Shown piece after piece: positions 27,230 through 38,178 of a DNA stretch of 64,000 bases. How positions within the stretch are numbered: the stretch's first letter is position 1; the number at the start of each line of letters is the position of its first letter. The position numbers and the translations under genes are program-made. The notes under the pieces were generated by a model, which saw only the letters and a program-made list of their open reading frames with translations, did not search any database and had not been told where the DNA came from. Source of the stretch: Clostridia bacterium (GTDB lineage: Bacteria > Bacillota > Clostridia > Oscillospirales > JAAYXM01); NCBI GenBank assembly GCA_017559855.1, contig JAFYQP010000068.1:5636-69635 (forward strand). Reading direction: 5' to 3'.

Positions 27230-29527
27230 TCAATTTCCCTCCTTTATCAACTCGTCGGAATAAAAAATTATATCTCCGTTTAAATCTGTTCGTGCAACCT
27301 TAATACCCATACTCTCAAACAATAACATCGTTTCGGAGTGCGGATGTCCATATTTATTATCTTCCTCTACCGAAATTACCGCAAATTCAGGCAGAATGGT
27401 ATTTAACAATTCAATTGAAGATGATGTTTTTGAGCCGTGATGACCTGCTACATAAACCTCTGCATCCGGTAATACATACTCATCACACAGCTCACGCTCA
27501 GACTTTTTCCCTAAATCACCTGTAATTACAACCTCAAAATCGTCCTTTTCAAAAACCGTAACAAGGCCGCAATCATTTGAGTCATAAAAATAATCTGCAG
27601 GAAATAGTGTAAAATTAAGACCATTTTCGCGAAGATTGGTCTCACGACTTATATACACGATTTTTGAGCCACGATCTGAAGCGAGTTTTGCAATTGTGTC
27701 CGCTAAATGTTTATCAGGCGTATTGCGTAACATATAAATCTTTTCTATATCACAGTTTTCAATAAGTTTCTTAACGCCATTTATATGGTCAGAATCAAAA
27801 TGAGTTATAACAAGTGCGTCCAGAGAATCTTCACCGATTTTTCTTAAGTAATCAACGGCTATATCCCCTGCATTCTTACTTCGACTGCCGCCACAGTCCA
27901 CAAGCACCGTTTCACCGTTATAGTCGGCCATAACTGAAAGACCTTGTCCTACGTCCAATACAGAAAAACGGACGCCTGTATATTCAGGTACGTCTTTCGT
28001 CATAACGGATGAAACAGCCGTGACAATCAAAACAATAGAAACTGCCAATATCGGAACAATCAAATGTCTTTGTCTGTCCTTTATGTACAAAATCAAGACG
28101 GTATACAAATAAGCCAGAAAAACTATTTGATATGTATAATCAATGTACGTATTGGCAAAGGGTATTTTAGAAATTAAATCCGCACCATTTAAAAGTAGTT
28201 TTGCAAAAAACGCAAGAGGGATAACCAAAAATTTTGCAATCGGCATCCAAATAAACGCAAATATAACAACGAGAATTGATGCGATAAAAATAATATTGAC
28301 AATCAATATTAAAAGTAAATTTGAAACAGGCGCTATAAGAGAAATCTTTTTAAAATTCAATACAACGATGGGAGTTGTGAATATTATTGCGGCAATTGAA
28401 GATGACAGTGTTGCCGTGAAAAAGTTCCTAATCTTTTGAAAAAGTCTCCTATCGGTATCAAAAGGTCTTTTTATATAGTTATCTATTCGGTTACCTAAAA
28501 CCATAATTCCTAATGTAGCAAGAAAGGATAATTGCAAACCAACGTCCATAACTGCATAGGGATTAAAAGTCAAAATTAATATAAGTGCTACGGATAATGA
28601 ATTTATTCCGTCAGATTCGCCCCTAAACATAGGGGCTAAAATCATTAGTATATGCATTATAAGTGCACGGACAACGGATGGCGGTGCACCTACTACCATC
28701 GTGAAAAATATTAAAATTACAATTACAAAAATGGCCGAATGTTTTCTTTTTCCAAGAAACAGAAAGAGAAAACCCGCCAGAAAAGATAGGTGCATTCCCG
28801 AAACGGCTACTACGTGAGCAAGTCCAATCGTAGTGAAGTTACCTTTGTCTTTCGAGTCGAAATCTGTTTTGTCACCAAGCAAAATCGCTGAAACAAGACC
28901 TGAAAGCCTTTCGGGCAAAAGTTCTTTAAGTTTTAAATTGATATTGTGAGAAACCCACTTTGGAATAAATCTCACAGAGATTTTACCATTTAAATGATTT
29001 TCAAGTGTGTCGTTACAAAACGCAATGGTGTCGATACCTTTTGTTTTGTAATAGGTATAAGCATTAAAATCCTTATCATTTTTCGGGATTTCAAAATCTG
29101 CACTACCTTTTATCACGTCACCCGGAACTAACTCTAAACTTGAATCGTTAAAGTACATTTTAGATGTGAATTTATCAGTTAGTTCCGCATTATTTATACT
29201 AAAAACCTCAACATCGCAAATAACACCAGTCTTATAGTTATTCACATACGAATATCCAATTACAGTTGCTTCAAAGTCACACTTTTTCTCCGGTATTTCA
29301 GGAGCAGGATTTATAATCGGGTATATAAGAAACAAAGAAATAGCGAAAACCACACCTGACATTAAGGAAAAACAAGAACTTTTTCGTCTATTAACAAACA
29401 AAAACACAGAAATGCCGCCGAAAGTGCACAATGCGGTTAAAAACGCAAAAAACATATCGGGGATTAATTGTGCAATTATAAGTGTTATGGCAAAACTAAG
29501 TGCAAAACATGCGGTTTTCCTTTTCAT
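27230..29527 (-). CDS. comEC: DNA internalization-related competence protein ComEC/Rec2
   Basis: 765 aa. Polytopic competence domain plus a C-terminal metallo-beta-lactamase domain (ITHFDSDHINGV, GHHGS). Confidence 0.85.
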   Translation of the reverse strand: MKRKTACFALSFAITLIIAQLIPDMFFAFLTALCTFGGISVFLFVNRRKSSCFSLMSGVVFAISLFLIYPIINPAPEIPEKKCDFEATVIGYSYVNNYKTGVICDVEVFSINNAELTDKFTSKMYFNDSSLELVPGDVIKGSADFEIPKNDKDFNAYTYYKTKGIDTIAFCNDTLENHLNGKISVRFIPKWVSHNINLKLKELLPERLSGLVSAILLGDKTDFDSKDKGNFTTIGLAHVVAVSGMHLSFLAGFLFLFLGKRKHSAIFVIVILIFFTMVVGAPPSVVRALIMHILMILAPMFRGESDGINSLSVALILILTFNPYAVMDVGLQLSFLATLGIMVLGNRIDNYIKRPFDTDRRLFQKIRNFFTATLSSSIAAIIFTTPIVVLNFKKISLIAPVSNLLLILIVNIIFIASILVVIFAFIWMPIAKFLVIPLAFFAKLLLNGADLISKIPFANTYIDYTYQIVFLAYLYTVLILYIKDRQRHLIVPILAVSIVLIVTAVSSVMTKDVPEYTGVRFSVLDVGQGLSVMADYNGETVLVDCGGSRSKNAGDIAVDYLRKIGEDSLDALVITHFDSDHINGVKKLIENCDIEKIYMLRNTPDKHLADTIAKLASDRGSKIVYISRETNLRENGLNFTLFPADYFYDSNDCGLVTVFEKDDFEVVITGDLGKKSERELCDEYVLPDAEVYVAGHHGSKTSSSIELLNTILPEFAVISVEEDNKYGHPHSETMLLFESMGIKVARTDLNGDIIFYSDELIKEGN

Positions 29528-29540
29528 ATCCTAAAACCCT

Positions 29541-29580
29541 TTTATTAAAAAACGAGGGGAGAAAGATACTCCCCTCGTTT
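29541..29580 (-). terminator. intrinsic terminator after fba
   Basis: An 11-bp stem aaacgagggga / tcccctcgttt, followed on the minus strand by TTTTTAATAAAA. Confidence 0.8.
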
Positions 29581-29589
29581 AGTGATTTG

Positions 29590-30519
29590 TTAGATTTTGT
29601 TGTCACTACCAAGTACGTTAACGATCTTGTGCTTAACAAGTTCCTTGATGTTAGCACGTGCCGGTGAGAGGTACTGACGCGGATCAAAGTGAGCCGGATT
29701 CTGATTAAAGTACTCACGAATGCTACCGGTCATTGCAAGACGAAGGTCAGAGTCAATGTTGATCTTACAAACTGCCATAGAAGCAGCCTTGCGGAGCATA
29801 TCTTCCGGAACGCCCTGTGCACCCGGCATGTTACCGCCGTTTGCATTGATCATCTCAACGTACTTCGGAATAACGGAAGAAGCACCATGTAAAACGATCG
29901 GGAAGTTGGGAAGACGCTTAGAAACCTCTTCTAAGATATCAAAGCGGAGACGGGGCTCGCCTTTGAACTTGAATGCACCATGGCTGGTACCAATTGCAAT
30001 AGCGAGAGAGTCAACACCTGTACGTGTAACAAACTCTTCAACTTCTGCAGGGTTGGTAAACTGCGCATCCTCTTCGGATACATTTACGTCATCCTCGATG
30101 CCTGCGAGCTTACCAAGCTCACCTTCTACAACTACACCACGAGCATGTGCGTAGTCAACAACCTTCTTGGTAAGTTCGATGTTTTCCTCGAAAGAATACT
30201 TGGAACCGTCGATCATAACGGAAGTGAAACCACCGTCGATACAAGATTTACAAATTTCAAAACTATCACCGTGGTCGAGATGTACACAAATCGGAAGATT
30301 GGTATCCTCAACAGCAGCCTCGATAAGTTTCATAAGGTAAACGTGCTTTGCATACTTACGTGCACCTGCAGAAACCTGAAGGATAAGCGGAGAGTTAACC
30401 TCCTTAGCAGCTTCGGTAATACCCTGTACGATTTCCATGTTATTAACATTGAACGCACCGATAGCATAACCGCCTTCATAAGCCTTTTTGAACATTTCAG
30501 TTGAAGTAACTATTGGCAT
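29590..30519 (-). CDS. fba: class II fructose-bisphosphate aldolase
   Basis: MPIVTSTEMFKKAYEGGYAIGAFNVNN, HLDHG and LHGASS motifs. The GGAGA RBS favours a start at 30519, and the track extension to 30630 is rejected. Confidence 0.9.
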   Translation of the reverse strand: MPIVTSTEMFKKAYEGGYAIGAFNVNNMEIVQGITEAAKEVNSPLILQVSAGARKYAKHVYLMKLIEAAVEDTNLPICVHLDHGDSFEICKSCIDGGFTSVMIDGSKYSFEENIELTKKVVDYAHARGVVVEGELGKLAGIEDDVNVSEEDAQFTNPAEVEEFVTRTGVDSLAIAIGTSHGAFKFKGEPRLRFDILEEVSKRLPNFPIVLHGASSVIPKYVEMINANGGNMPGAQGVPEDMLRKAASMAVCKINIDSDLRLAMTGSIREYFNQNPAHFDPRQYLSPARANIKELVKHKIVNVLGSDNKI

Positions 30520-30630
30520 AATGATTCTCCTTTTCATTAATTCATATACATTATATTTTACCACATTATACGCTAAAATCAAGAGTTTTTTTAGATTTTT
30601 TGCAAGCGTGTAAAAATCGGTAAATCTCAC

Positions 30631-33600
30631 CTAGAAGAATGATATCTGACTGCTTTGCGGAATATCTCCCAGAGCACCGTTTTTCTCCAAAAGTTCGATA
30701 ACCGCTTTGGATACTTTATTGCATCGTGATTGTATTTCATCCATAGATAAGAACTTACTCTTTTCTCGCTCATCCATAATGCTTCGTGCCGCAACCTCTC
30801 CAAGGCCCGGAATTGCAGTGAACGGCGGTCTTAGACGTCCGTCCTCTGTTATTTTGAAGTTCACCGCATCCGACTCATATAAGTCAACCGGAGCGAATTT
30901 AAATCCTCTTAGATAGAATTCGTGACATACCTCAAGTGTTACAAGCATATCCTTCTCAACCGCAGATGGCTTTTCCTTTTTGTTTATTGTATCCATCTGA
31001 GACAGTACCAATTCATCTCCGTTTACCATAACGGATGCATCAAACGCCTTTGCTCTGATAGAGAAATATGCAGCATAGAACGCAAGTGGTTGATGCACTT
31101 TGAACCAGGCAATACGGAACGCCATCATTACGTATGCAACCGCATGTGCCTTCGGGAACATATACTTAATCTTCTTACAAGACTCAATGTACCACGCAGG
31201 AACGTTATGTGCACGCATATCATCTACATACTCAGGTTTTAGGCCTTTACCCTTTCGTACGTCTTCCATTATTGAGAAAGAAATTTTAGGATCCATGTTC
31301 ATGGAAATAAGGTATAACATAATATCGTCACGGGCACAAATGGCCTCTTTAAGCGTTGCTATCCCCTCTTGAACAAGAGTTTGTGCATTGTTGAGCCATA
31401 CGTCAGTACCGTGAGAAAGGCCTGAAATTCTTACCAACTCGTCAAATGTTGTCGGCTTTGTGTCAAGTAACATTTCGCGAACGAATTTAGTGCCGAACTC
31501 CGGAATTGCAGTAGCACCGGTTTCTCCCAAAATCGGATCTACACCAATACCTAACGCACCGCAGGATGTAAAGATGCTCATAGTATCAGGATCATCAAGG
31601 GGAATTTTTTTCGCATCAAGGCCGGTCAAATCCTCAAGCATTCTTATCATCGACGGATCATCATGGCCCAGAAGGTCGAGTTTAAGGATATTATCGTGAA
31701 TTGAATGATAGTCAAAGTGGGTTGTGATTATGTCACTATTCTTATCATCCGCAGGGTGCTGAACAGGGGTAAAATCGTAAATTTCCTTGTCCATCGGAAC
31801 AATCATAACGCCGCCGGGATGCTGTCCTGTTGTACGTTTAATACCAGTACAGCCAACCGTTAAACGATTTTGCTCAGTCTTTGATCTATACTCGTTACGC
31901 TCGTCTAAGTACTTTTTAACAAAACCAAATGCAGTTTTCTCTGCAACGGTACCAATTGTTCCCGCACGGAACACGTGATCCTCGCCGAAGATTTCAATCG
32001 TGTGGCGGTGTGCACGGCCTTGATATTCGCCGGAGAAATTAAGGTCAATATCAGGCACCTTGTCACCATCAAAGCCCAAGAACGTTGCAAACGGAATATC
32101 AAAACCATCTTTCCCTAATGGTTCGCCGCAATTAGGACACACCTTGTCCGGCATATCCGCACCTGCACCAAAGCCCTGGCCGGTCACAAATTCCGAATAC
32201 TTACAATGCTCACATCTATAGTGCGGCGGGAAAGCATTAACCTCTGTAATACCTGCAAAATATGCAACTACGGAAGAACCAACAGATCCTCGCGAACCGA
32301 CAAGATATCCCGACTCATTGGAGCGGAGAACGAGTTTTTGAGCAATTATATACATAACATCGTAGCCACGTGCAGTTATCTTACCCAATTCGTATTCCAG
32401 ACGCTCCTCAACAATCTGAGGCAGCGGATCGCCGTATAATTCTTTTGCCTTTGCATGGCACATATTAATGAGATCTTCCTTAGAACCTTCAATCGACGGC
32501 GGAAAATTCTCTTTCGGTATGGGGCGGATCGTCTCACACATATCTGCAATTTTATTTGTGTTTTCAACTACAACCTCATATGCTTTTGCCTCACCAAGAT
32601 ATGAGAATTCTTTCAGCATTTCATCTGTTGTTTTAAAGTAAAGTGGTGCCTGATTATCAGCGTCATTGAAGCCGAGACCTGCCATAAGTATTCGGCGATA
32701 CACTTCATCATGAGGCTCAAGAAAATGAACGTCACCTGTTGCGGCAACGGGTTTGTTTAGTTTATCACCTAAAGCAACTACCTGACGATTGAAATCCCGA
32801 ATATCATCTAAAGATCGCACGATGCCCTGTGCCAACATAAACTCGTTATTGCCAACAGGCTGAATTTCAAGAAAATCGTAGTACGATGCGATCTTTTCAA
32901 TTTCTTCATCAGACTTTTTGCCCATGATAGCACCATATAACTCACCTGCTTCACAAGCGGAACCTACGATAAGACCTTCTCTGTACTCATCCAAAACAGA
33001 ACGAGGAATTATGGGCCTTCTCTGGAAATATTTCAGATTGGAAAGGGATACCAACTTATATAGATTTTTAAGACCAACATAATCTTTAACAAGGATTATA
33101 AGATGGTATGGTTTAACCTTGGCAACCTTACCTGTATTCATACCTGATAAGTCAAGGTTAATTTCCTTTGCGTTTTTAGTTCGTGCCGGAGAATTCTTAA
33201 GCATATCAAAAAACTTAACGAGCATATGTGCAACGGTGGCCGCATCGTCCCCCGCCCTATGGTGCTCAAACTTGGGCAGCGACAGTGCGTTTGCAACAAT
33301 ATTAAGTCGATGACGCTCTAAATTAGGCATCAGAATACGTGCCATTGTGAGCGTATCAAGAGATACAAAATTGTAATCAATGCCATATTTCTTACAACCT
33401 ACACGGAGGAAGCTGATATCGAAATCCGCATTGTGTGCAACTAAAACTCTTCCGTTAACAAACGCCAGGAAATCTCGCAATGCCTCTTCCTCATTAGGTG
33501 CATCTTTAACGGTCTCATTTGAAATACCCGTAAGTTTGGTTATTTGTTCAGGTATAGCCATATTGGGATTTACGTATGTATGATATTCCTCACACAGTAC

Positions 33601-34923
33601 ACCATTTCGTAAAACGGTAGCAGCAATTTCCGTAATTCCATCTATACCCGCCGTAAGTCCGGTCGTTTCAATATCAAAGCACACAAACTCACCGTCAAGC
33701 GGTTCACTTGATTCACCCTTGAGTGCAGTTACGTTGTGGTCATTGTTTATGAAATACGCTTCAATACCGTAAATTACTTTTATATCTTTACCCTTAGTTG
33801 CGTTCATAGCCTCAGGAAAGGCTTGTACAACGCCGTGGTCGGTAATTGCTACCGCAGGGTGTCCCCAATCAGATGCACGTTCTATAAGGCTTGCAGCGGA
33901 TGATACGCCGTCCATTGATGACATATTGGTATGCATATGGAGTTCAACACGTTTTTTCTCGGCATTGTCCATACGGATTTTCTTCTTACACTTTACAATA
34001 TTCTGTGCCTTCAAAACCATATCCTGCACGTACATATCGTATGCAGTAATGCCGTAAACCTTAACGTGTGCACCCTTTTTCATCTGCTTTGCAAGTTCGT
34101 TGCCTTCATCGATAGGCAATGTTTTCACAACTTTAATAGAACCGGTATAGTCGGTAATATCAAACTTAAGACGCATTGTTCCACGCTCAAGATTTTCTCT
34201 GTGGTCAGTATAGAACACGTCACCCTCAACGGAAACTTTGCCATAATCATCGCTAAGTTCGCTCATAGGGATAATGTCGTCCATTTGCGGCTTTCCTAAG
34301 AGAACTTCTCCCTCAACAGATTGAAGTTTCGTTCTTTTAAACGGACTACGCTCCTTAACAGGTGCGGGAGTAGACTTTTTAGGTGTAGGTGTGGGTAGCG
34401 GAGGTTGGTCTAAGAGCATTTTATTTCTTATTTCTTCTACGGCTTCCTCGTTAAATTCCCCGTTAATCACCTGAACGTCAACATTCACGCCAAAACTCTC
34501 GCTAATCTCTTTCTTAAGCCACGGGATACAAGCGGAAACAACTTTCTCCCCGTCACTTGCTAATTTGATTTCTAAAACGTTACCGTTTAATTCGAACACT
34601 GAATTCTGCAAATGACCGTTAATAGCGGGAAAAATCCGCTTAATGTGTACTTTCAATTCATCAAAATATGCATTCCCCAGCAAATCGGAAGAGTATTTTG
34701 CAATGATTCTCATACTGTTCAGTCCGTATTTCGCGGAAATTATATTCTCAACGGTTGAAATCGCCGAGTAAGTACAGACTTCATCAAAAGAAATAGTTAC
34801 GCAAATCTCTTTTTTTGCGGTATCAACCGTTGCGTTATCAATATATTTATTTAAAATTAAAGAAATATCTTCGTGTGTGTCAGATATTCCGAACATCTGG
34901 CTTAGTGTTATTTTCTTATCCAA
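30631..34923 (-). CDS. polC: DNA polymerase III alpha subunit, PolC type
   Basis: 1430 aa with PHP motif HMHTNMS, DEDDh exonuclease FDIETTG, and zinc-finger-like CEHCKY..CPNCG. Confidence 0.95.
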   Translation of the reverse strand: MDKKITLSQMFGISDTHEDISLILNKYIDNATVDTAKKEICVTISFDEVCTYSAISTVENIISAKYGLNSMRIIAKYSSDLLGNAYFDELKVHIKRIFPAINGHLQNSVFELNGNVLEIKLASDGEKVVSACIPWLKKEISESFGVNVDVQVINGEFNEEAVEEIRNKMLLDQPPLPTPTPKKSTPAPVKERSPFKRTKLQSVEGEVLLGKPQMDDIIPMSELSDDYGKVSVEGDVFYTDHRENLERGTMRLKFDITDYTGSIKVVKTLPIDEGNELAKQMKKGAHVKVYGITAYDMYVQDMVLKAQNIVKCKKKIRMDNAEKKRVELHMHTNMSSMDGVSSAASLIERASDWGHPAVAITDHGVVQAFPEAMNATKGKDIKVIYGIEAYFINNDHNVTALKGESSEPLDGEFVCFDIETTGLTAGIDGITEIAATVLRNGVLCEEYHTYVNPNMAIPEQITKLTGISNETVKDAPNEEEALRDFLAFVNGRVLVAHNADFDISFLRVGCKKYGIDYNFVSLDTLTMARILMPNLERHRLNIVANALSLPKFEHHRAGDDAATVAHMLVKFFDMLKNSPARTKNAKEINLDLSGMNTGKVAKVKPYHLIILVKDYVGLKNLYKLVSLSNLKYFQRRPIIPRSVLDEYREGLIVGSACEAGELYGAIMGKKSDEEIEKIASYYDFLEIQPVGNNEFMLAQGIVRSLDDIRDFNRQVVALGDKLNKPVAATGDVHFLEPHDEVYRRILMAGLGFNDADNQAPLYFKTTDEMLKEFSYLGEAKAYEVVVENTNKIADMCETIRPIPKENFPPSIEGSKEDLINMCHAKAKELYGDPLPQIVEERLEYELGKITARGYDVMYIIAQKLVLRSNESGYLVGSRGSVGSSVVAYFAGITEVNAFPPHYRCEHCKYSEFVTGQGFGAGADMPDKVCPNCGEPLGKDGFDIPFATFLGFDGDKVPDIDLNFSGEYQGRAHRHTIEIFGEDHVFRAGTIGTVAEKTAFGFVKKYLDERNEYRSKTEQNRLTVGCTGIKRTTGQHPGGVMIVPMDKEIYDFTPVQHPADDKNSDIITTHFDYHSIHDNILKLDLLGHDDPSMIRMLEDLTGLDAKKIPLDDPDTMSIFTSCGALGIGVDPILGETGATAIPEFGTKFVREMLLDTKPTTFDELVRISGLSHGTDVWLNNAQTLVQEGIATLKEAICARDDIMLYLISMNMDPKISFSIMEDVRKGKGLKPEYVDDMRAHNVPAWYIESCKKIKYMFPKAHAVAYVMMAFRIAWFKVHQPLAFYAAYFSIRAKAFDASVMVNGDELVLSQMDTINKKEKPSAVEKDMLVTLEVCHEFYLRGFKFAPVDLYESDAVNFKITEDGRLRPPFTAIPGLGEVAARSIMDEREKSKFLSMDEIQSRCNKVSKAVIELLEKNGALGDIPQSSQISFF

Positions 34924-34940
34924 GATATGTATTCCCCTTA

Positions 34941-35981
34941 TTATAACTGCCCGATTAACTCCATAAGTGAATCAACAAGTTGGTCCATCGGTACTTTTTT
35001 AACAATTTCTCCTTTTTTAAACAAAAGTCCCTCACCGTCGCCGCCGGCAATACCAACATCTGCCTCTCTAGCCTCACCGGGGCCATTTACCGCACATCCC
35101 ATAACCGCAACTGTAAGCGGACGCGTTTCGGACTGCAGACGTGCTTCAACTTGAGATGCGATGTCGATTAAATTTATTCGGCATCTGCCACAAGTGGGGC
35201 ACGAAACCAAATTAACGCCTCGTTCTCTTTTTCCGCATGCCTTAAGAATAGCATACGCAACCTTGACCTCTTCCTTCGGATCTGCGGTCAACGATACACG
35301 AAGTGTATCACCGATACCGTCGCAAAGAAGGCTGCCGATTCCTATTGCGGACTTAACGGTACCCATAAACGCAGTGCCGGTCTCAGTAACACCAAGATGC
35401 AACGGATAATCTGTTTTTTCAGAAAGCAATCTGTATGCCTTTATTGTCTTATTTACGTCAGATGCCTTAATTGAAATTGCGATATCGTCAAAATCAAAAC
35501 GATTTAATATCTCGACGTGCGACATAGCACTCATCATCATTGCGTACGGAGTGACACCATATTGTGCCAAAAGTTCCTTATCAAGTGATCCGCCATTGAC
35601 GCCAATTCTAATAGGAATATTCTTAGAGCGACACACGTCAACAACTTTTTTCACTCTATCTTCGCTGCCAATGTTACCGGGGTTTAAGCGAATCTTATCA
35701 GCACCGGCATTAACAGCCTCTATTGCAAGGCGATAGTCAAAGTGGATATCGGCAACAAGCGGTATATTAATATTCTTTTTTATGTCGTAGATTGCACGTG
35801 CAGCATCAGCATCCACAACTGCAACACGAATAAGTTCACAGCCGACGGATTCCAATTCTTTAATCTGATTAACTGTCGCCTCAACATTACGAGTATCCGT
35901 ATTGCACATGGACTGTACAACTATGGGACTGCCGCCACCAATTGTTAAATTGCCAACTTTAATTTGCTTTGTTTTTTTCAT
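34941..35981 (-). CDS. ispG: 4-hydroxy-3-methylbut-2-en-1-yl diphosphate synthase
   Basis: IGGGSPIVVQSM, VSCPTCGR and GCAVNGPGE motifs. Start is MKKTKQIKVG at 35981. Confidence 0.9.
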   Translation of the reverse strand: MKKTKQIKVGNLTIGGGSPIVVQSMCNTDTRNVEATVNQIKELESVGCELIRVAVVDADAARAIYDIKKNINIPLVADIHFDYRLAIEAVNAGADKIRLNPGNIGSEDRVKKVVDVCRSKNIPIRIGVNGGSLDKELLAQYGVTPYAMMMSAMSHVEILNRFDFDDIAISIKASDVNKTIKAYRLLSEKTDYPLHLGVTETGTAFMGTVKSAIGIGSLLCDGIGDTLRVSLTADPKEEVKVAYAILKACGKRERGVNLVSCPTCGRCRINLIDIASQVEARLQSETRPLTVAVMGCAVNGPGEAREADVGIAGGDGEGLLFKKGEIVKKVPMDQLVDSLMELIGQL

Positions 35982-35982
35982 A

Positions 35983-37014
35983 TTAACCACCTGCGAAAAG
36001 TTTAAAAATATCGTTAAATGCAACAAAAATCATCAAAAGGATTAAAAGTAAAAATCCTGCGGCGTGAATCCATCCTTCATACTTTTTCGGAATTGGCTTT
36101 CTTGCGATGAATTCAATGAGCATAAAGAACAGTCTGCCACCATCAAGTGCGGGGATTGGGAGCAAATTCATAATTCCCAGATTTATTGACACCAAGGCAA
36201 GAAGATACCAAAGCGAGAGCATAGATTCTTTTGCGGTATCAACCATAATAGAACTGATACCAATAGGTCCGGACATATCGTCAAGACCTGCCCTGCCTGT
36301 AATTAAATCAAGAAGCCCGACGAAAACAAGCCTTACCATATTGTAAGAATTTTTCAAAACAAATTTCGCTTTATTCAAGAAACTTGTTTTTTCAACTTCA
36401 AAAGTAAGTCCGTAACGCTCAACCGTCTCGCCGTTTTCTTCCACCTTGCGGAGTTCAAGTTTTACGTCATCAAGCAGTACTTTCTCACCATTTCGTTCAA
36501 CCAAAATATCGTACATCGGCGGATTTTCGGCACGGTCGAGAGCAATGTAAAAATCCGAGAACAATACAATATTATAATCATCAATCGCAAGAATAGTATC
36601 ACCCGGTTTAAGATCACTTATATGCTCTTCAACGGCATTGATTGTGGGTACCGTCCAAGCGGTTACCGGCAAGAACACAAACGCAAGAACAAGGACACCG
36701 ACGATCAAGTTCATAATCGGTCCGGACGCCACAATCAAAAATCGACTAAAGAGAGGTTTAGCATGAAAAGAGTGTTCAACATCTTCACTTTCATCATCTT
36801 CACCCTCCATGGCACAATAGCCACCAAGCGGGAAAAGTCTTAATGCGTAAAGAGTTTCACCAATCTGCTTTTTAATGATGGCAGGCCCCATACCTATTGC
36901 ATACTCATTTACACGAACTCCTGAAATTTTCGCCGCGATAAAATGGCCAAATTCATGAATTGCAATGAGTGCTCCAAAAAGAATTACAACTAAAATAATA
37001 TAAATAGTAACCAC
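35983..37014 (-). CDS. rseP: RIP (site-2) zinc metalloprotease RseP/RasP
   Basis: HEFGHF zinc motif in TM1, a PDZ segment, and NLLPIPALDGG near the C-terminus. Confidence 0.9.
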   Translation of the reverse strand: MVTIYIILVVILFGALIAIHEFGHFIAAKISGVRVNEYAIGMGPAIIKKQIGETLYALRLFPLGGYCAMEGEDDESEDVEHSFHAKPLFSRFLIVASGPIMNLIVGVLVLAFVFLPVTAWTVPTINAVEEHISDLKPGDTILAIDDYNIVLFSDFYIALDRAENPPMYDILVERNGEKVLLDDVKLELRKVEENGETVERYGLTFEVEKTSFLNKAKFVLKNSYNMVRLVFVGLLDLITGRAGLDDMSGPIGISSIMVDTAKESMLSLWYLLALVSINLGIMNLLPIPALDGGRLFFMLIEFIARKPIPKKYEGWIHAAGFLLLILLMIFVAFNDIFKLFAGG

Positions 37015-38163
37015 CTACTTAAAATGTTTAGATACAGATTCACGAGCTAATTTATCCGCTTCCAAAATATCCTCAAGTGACGAATCAATGTTTGTTCTCA
37101 CATTTTCCATTGCTTCCTGCACAAGTTCCGCAATCTCTAAAAAACCACATTTTTCACCTAAAAAAGCAGCAACTGCCGCTTCGTTTGCACCGTTTAATAC
37201 TGCGGCACTTGCATCCTTTGACGCCGCCGCTTTCATTGCAAGTTTAAGACAAGAGAAAGTCTCAACATCAGGCGTTGCAAAAGTAAGGTTTTTCATAGTC
37301 TTAAAGTCAAGTCTCGGTCCGTTAAAATCCATTCTATTGGGGTATGTCAGTGCATATGCAATAGGCAAACGCATATCGGGAGCTCCAAGTTGTGCAAGAA
37401 CAGCACCATCGCAAAATTCAACCATTGAATGAATTATACTCTCTCTATGAACTACAACTTCAATCTGCTCCGGTGTTACACCAAATAGCCACATAGCCTC
37501 AATAAACTCAAGACCTTTATTCATAAGTGTTGCGGAATCGATTGTAATTTTACTGCCCATGCTCCAATTGGGATGATTAAGAGCATCTTTAACCGTAACA
37601 GATTTAAGTTCTTCTCTCTTTTTGCCAAAGAAAGGTCCACCCGATGCAGTAAGTAATATCTTACTTACCTCATTATGGTCTGCATTTGCCTGCATACATT
37701 GAAAAATAGCGGAATGCTCTGAGTCAACAGGTAACAGAGACACTCCCTTTTCTTTTGCTCTTTGTGTAACAATCGAACCTGCACATACAAGGGTTTCTTT
37801 ATTTGCAAGAGCAATATTTTTACCCGCATCAATTGCAGCGATGGTCGGAATTAGTCCAACCATTCCTACAACTGCAGTTAAAACGCATTCTGCATCATCA
37901 ATCTCTGCTGCTGCAACAAGACCGTCAGATCCGCCATACACCTTCATATCGGTATCAGCTAGAGCAATTTTAAGTTCACGATATGCCCTCTCATCCATTG
38001 CCGCAACACATTTTGGCCTAAATTCACGAGCCTGCTCTTCAAGTAACTTGATGTTGCGATTTGTTGTGAGTGCGGATGCAGTTATGTTATATTTACGTAG
38101 AATATCAATTGTCTGTCTGCCAATCGAGCCGGTAGAGCCCAAAACAGAAACATTAGAAACCAT
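37015..38163 (-). CDS. dxr: 1-deoxy-D-xylulose 5-phosphate reductoisomerase
   Basis: VLGSTGSIG motif. A GAGGTGG RBS lies 8 nt before ATG 38163. Confidence 0.9.
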   Translation of the reverse strand: MVSNVSVLGSTGSIGRQTIDILRKYNITASALTTNRNIKLLEEQAREFRPKCVAAMDERAYRELKIALADTDMKVYGGSDGLVAAAEIDDAECVLTAVVGMVGLIPTIAAIDAGKNIALANKETLVCAGSIVTQRAKEKGVSLLPVDSEHSAIFQCMQANADHNEVSKILLTASGGPFFGKKREELKSVTVKDALNHPNWSMGSKITIDSATLMNKGLEFIEAMWLFGVTPEQIEVVVHRESIIHSMVEFCDGAVLAQLGAPDMRLPIAYALTYPNRMDFNGPRLDFKTMKNLTFATPDVETFSCLKLAMKAAASKDASAAVLNGANEAAVAAFLGEKCGFLEIAELVQEAMENVRTNIDSSLEDILEADKLARESVSKHFK

Positions 38164-38178
38164 AAGGTTTTCCACCTC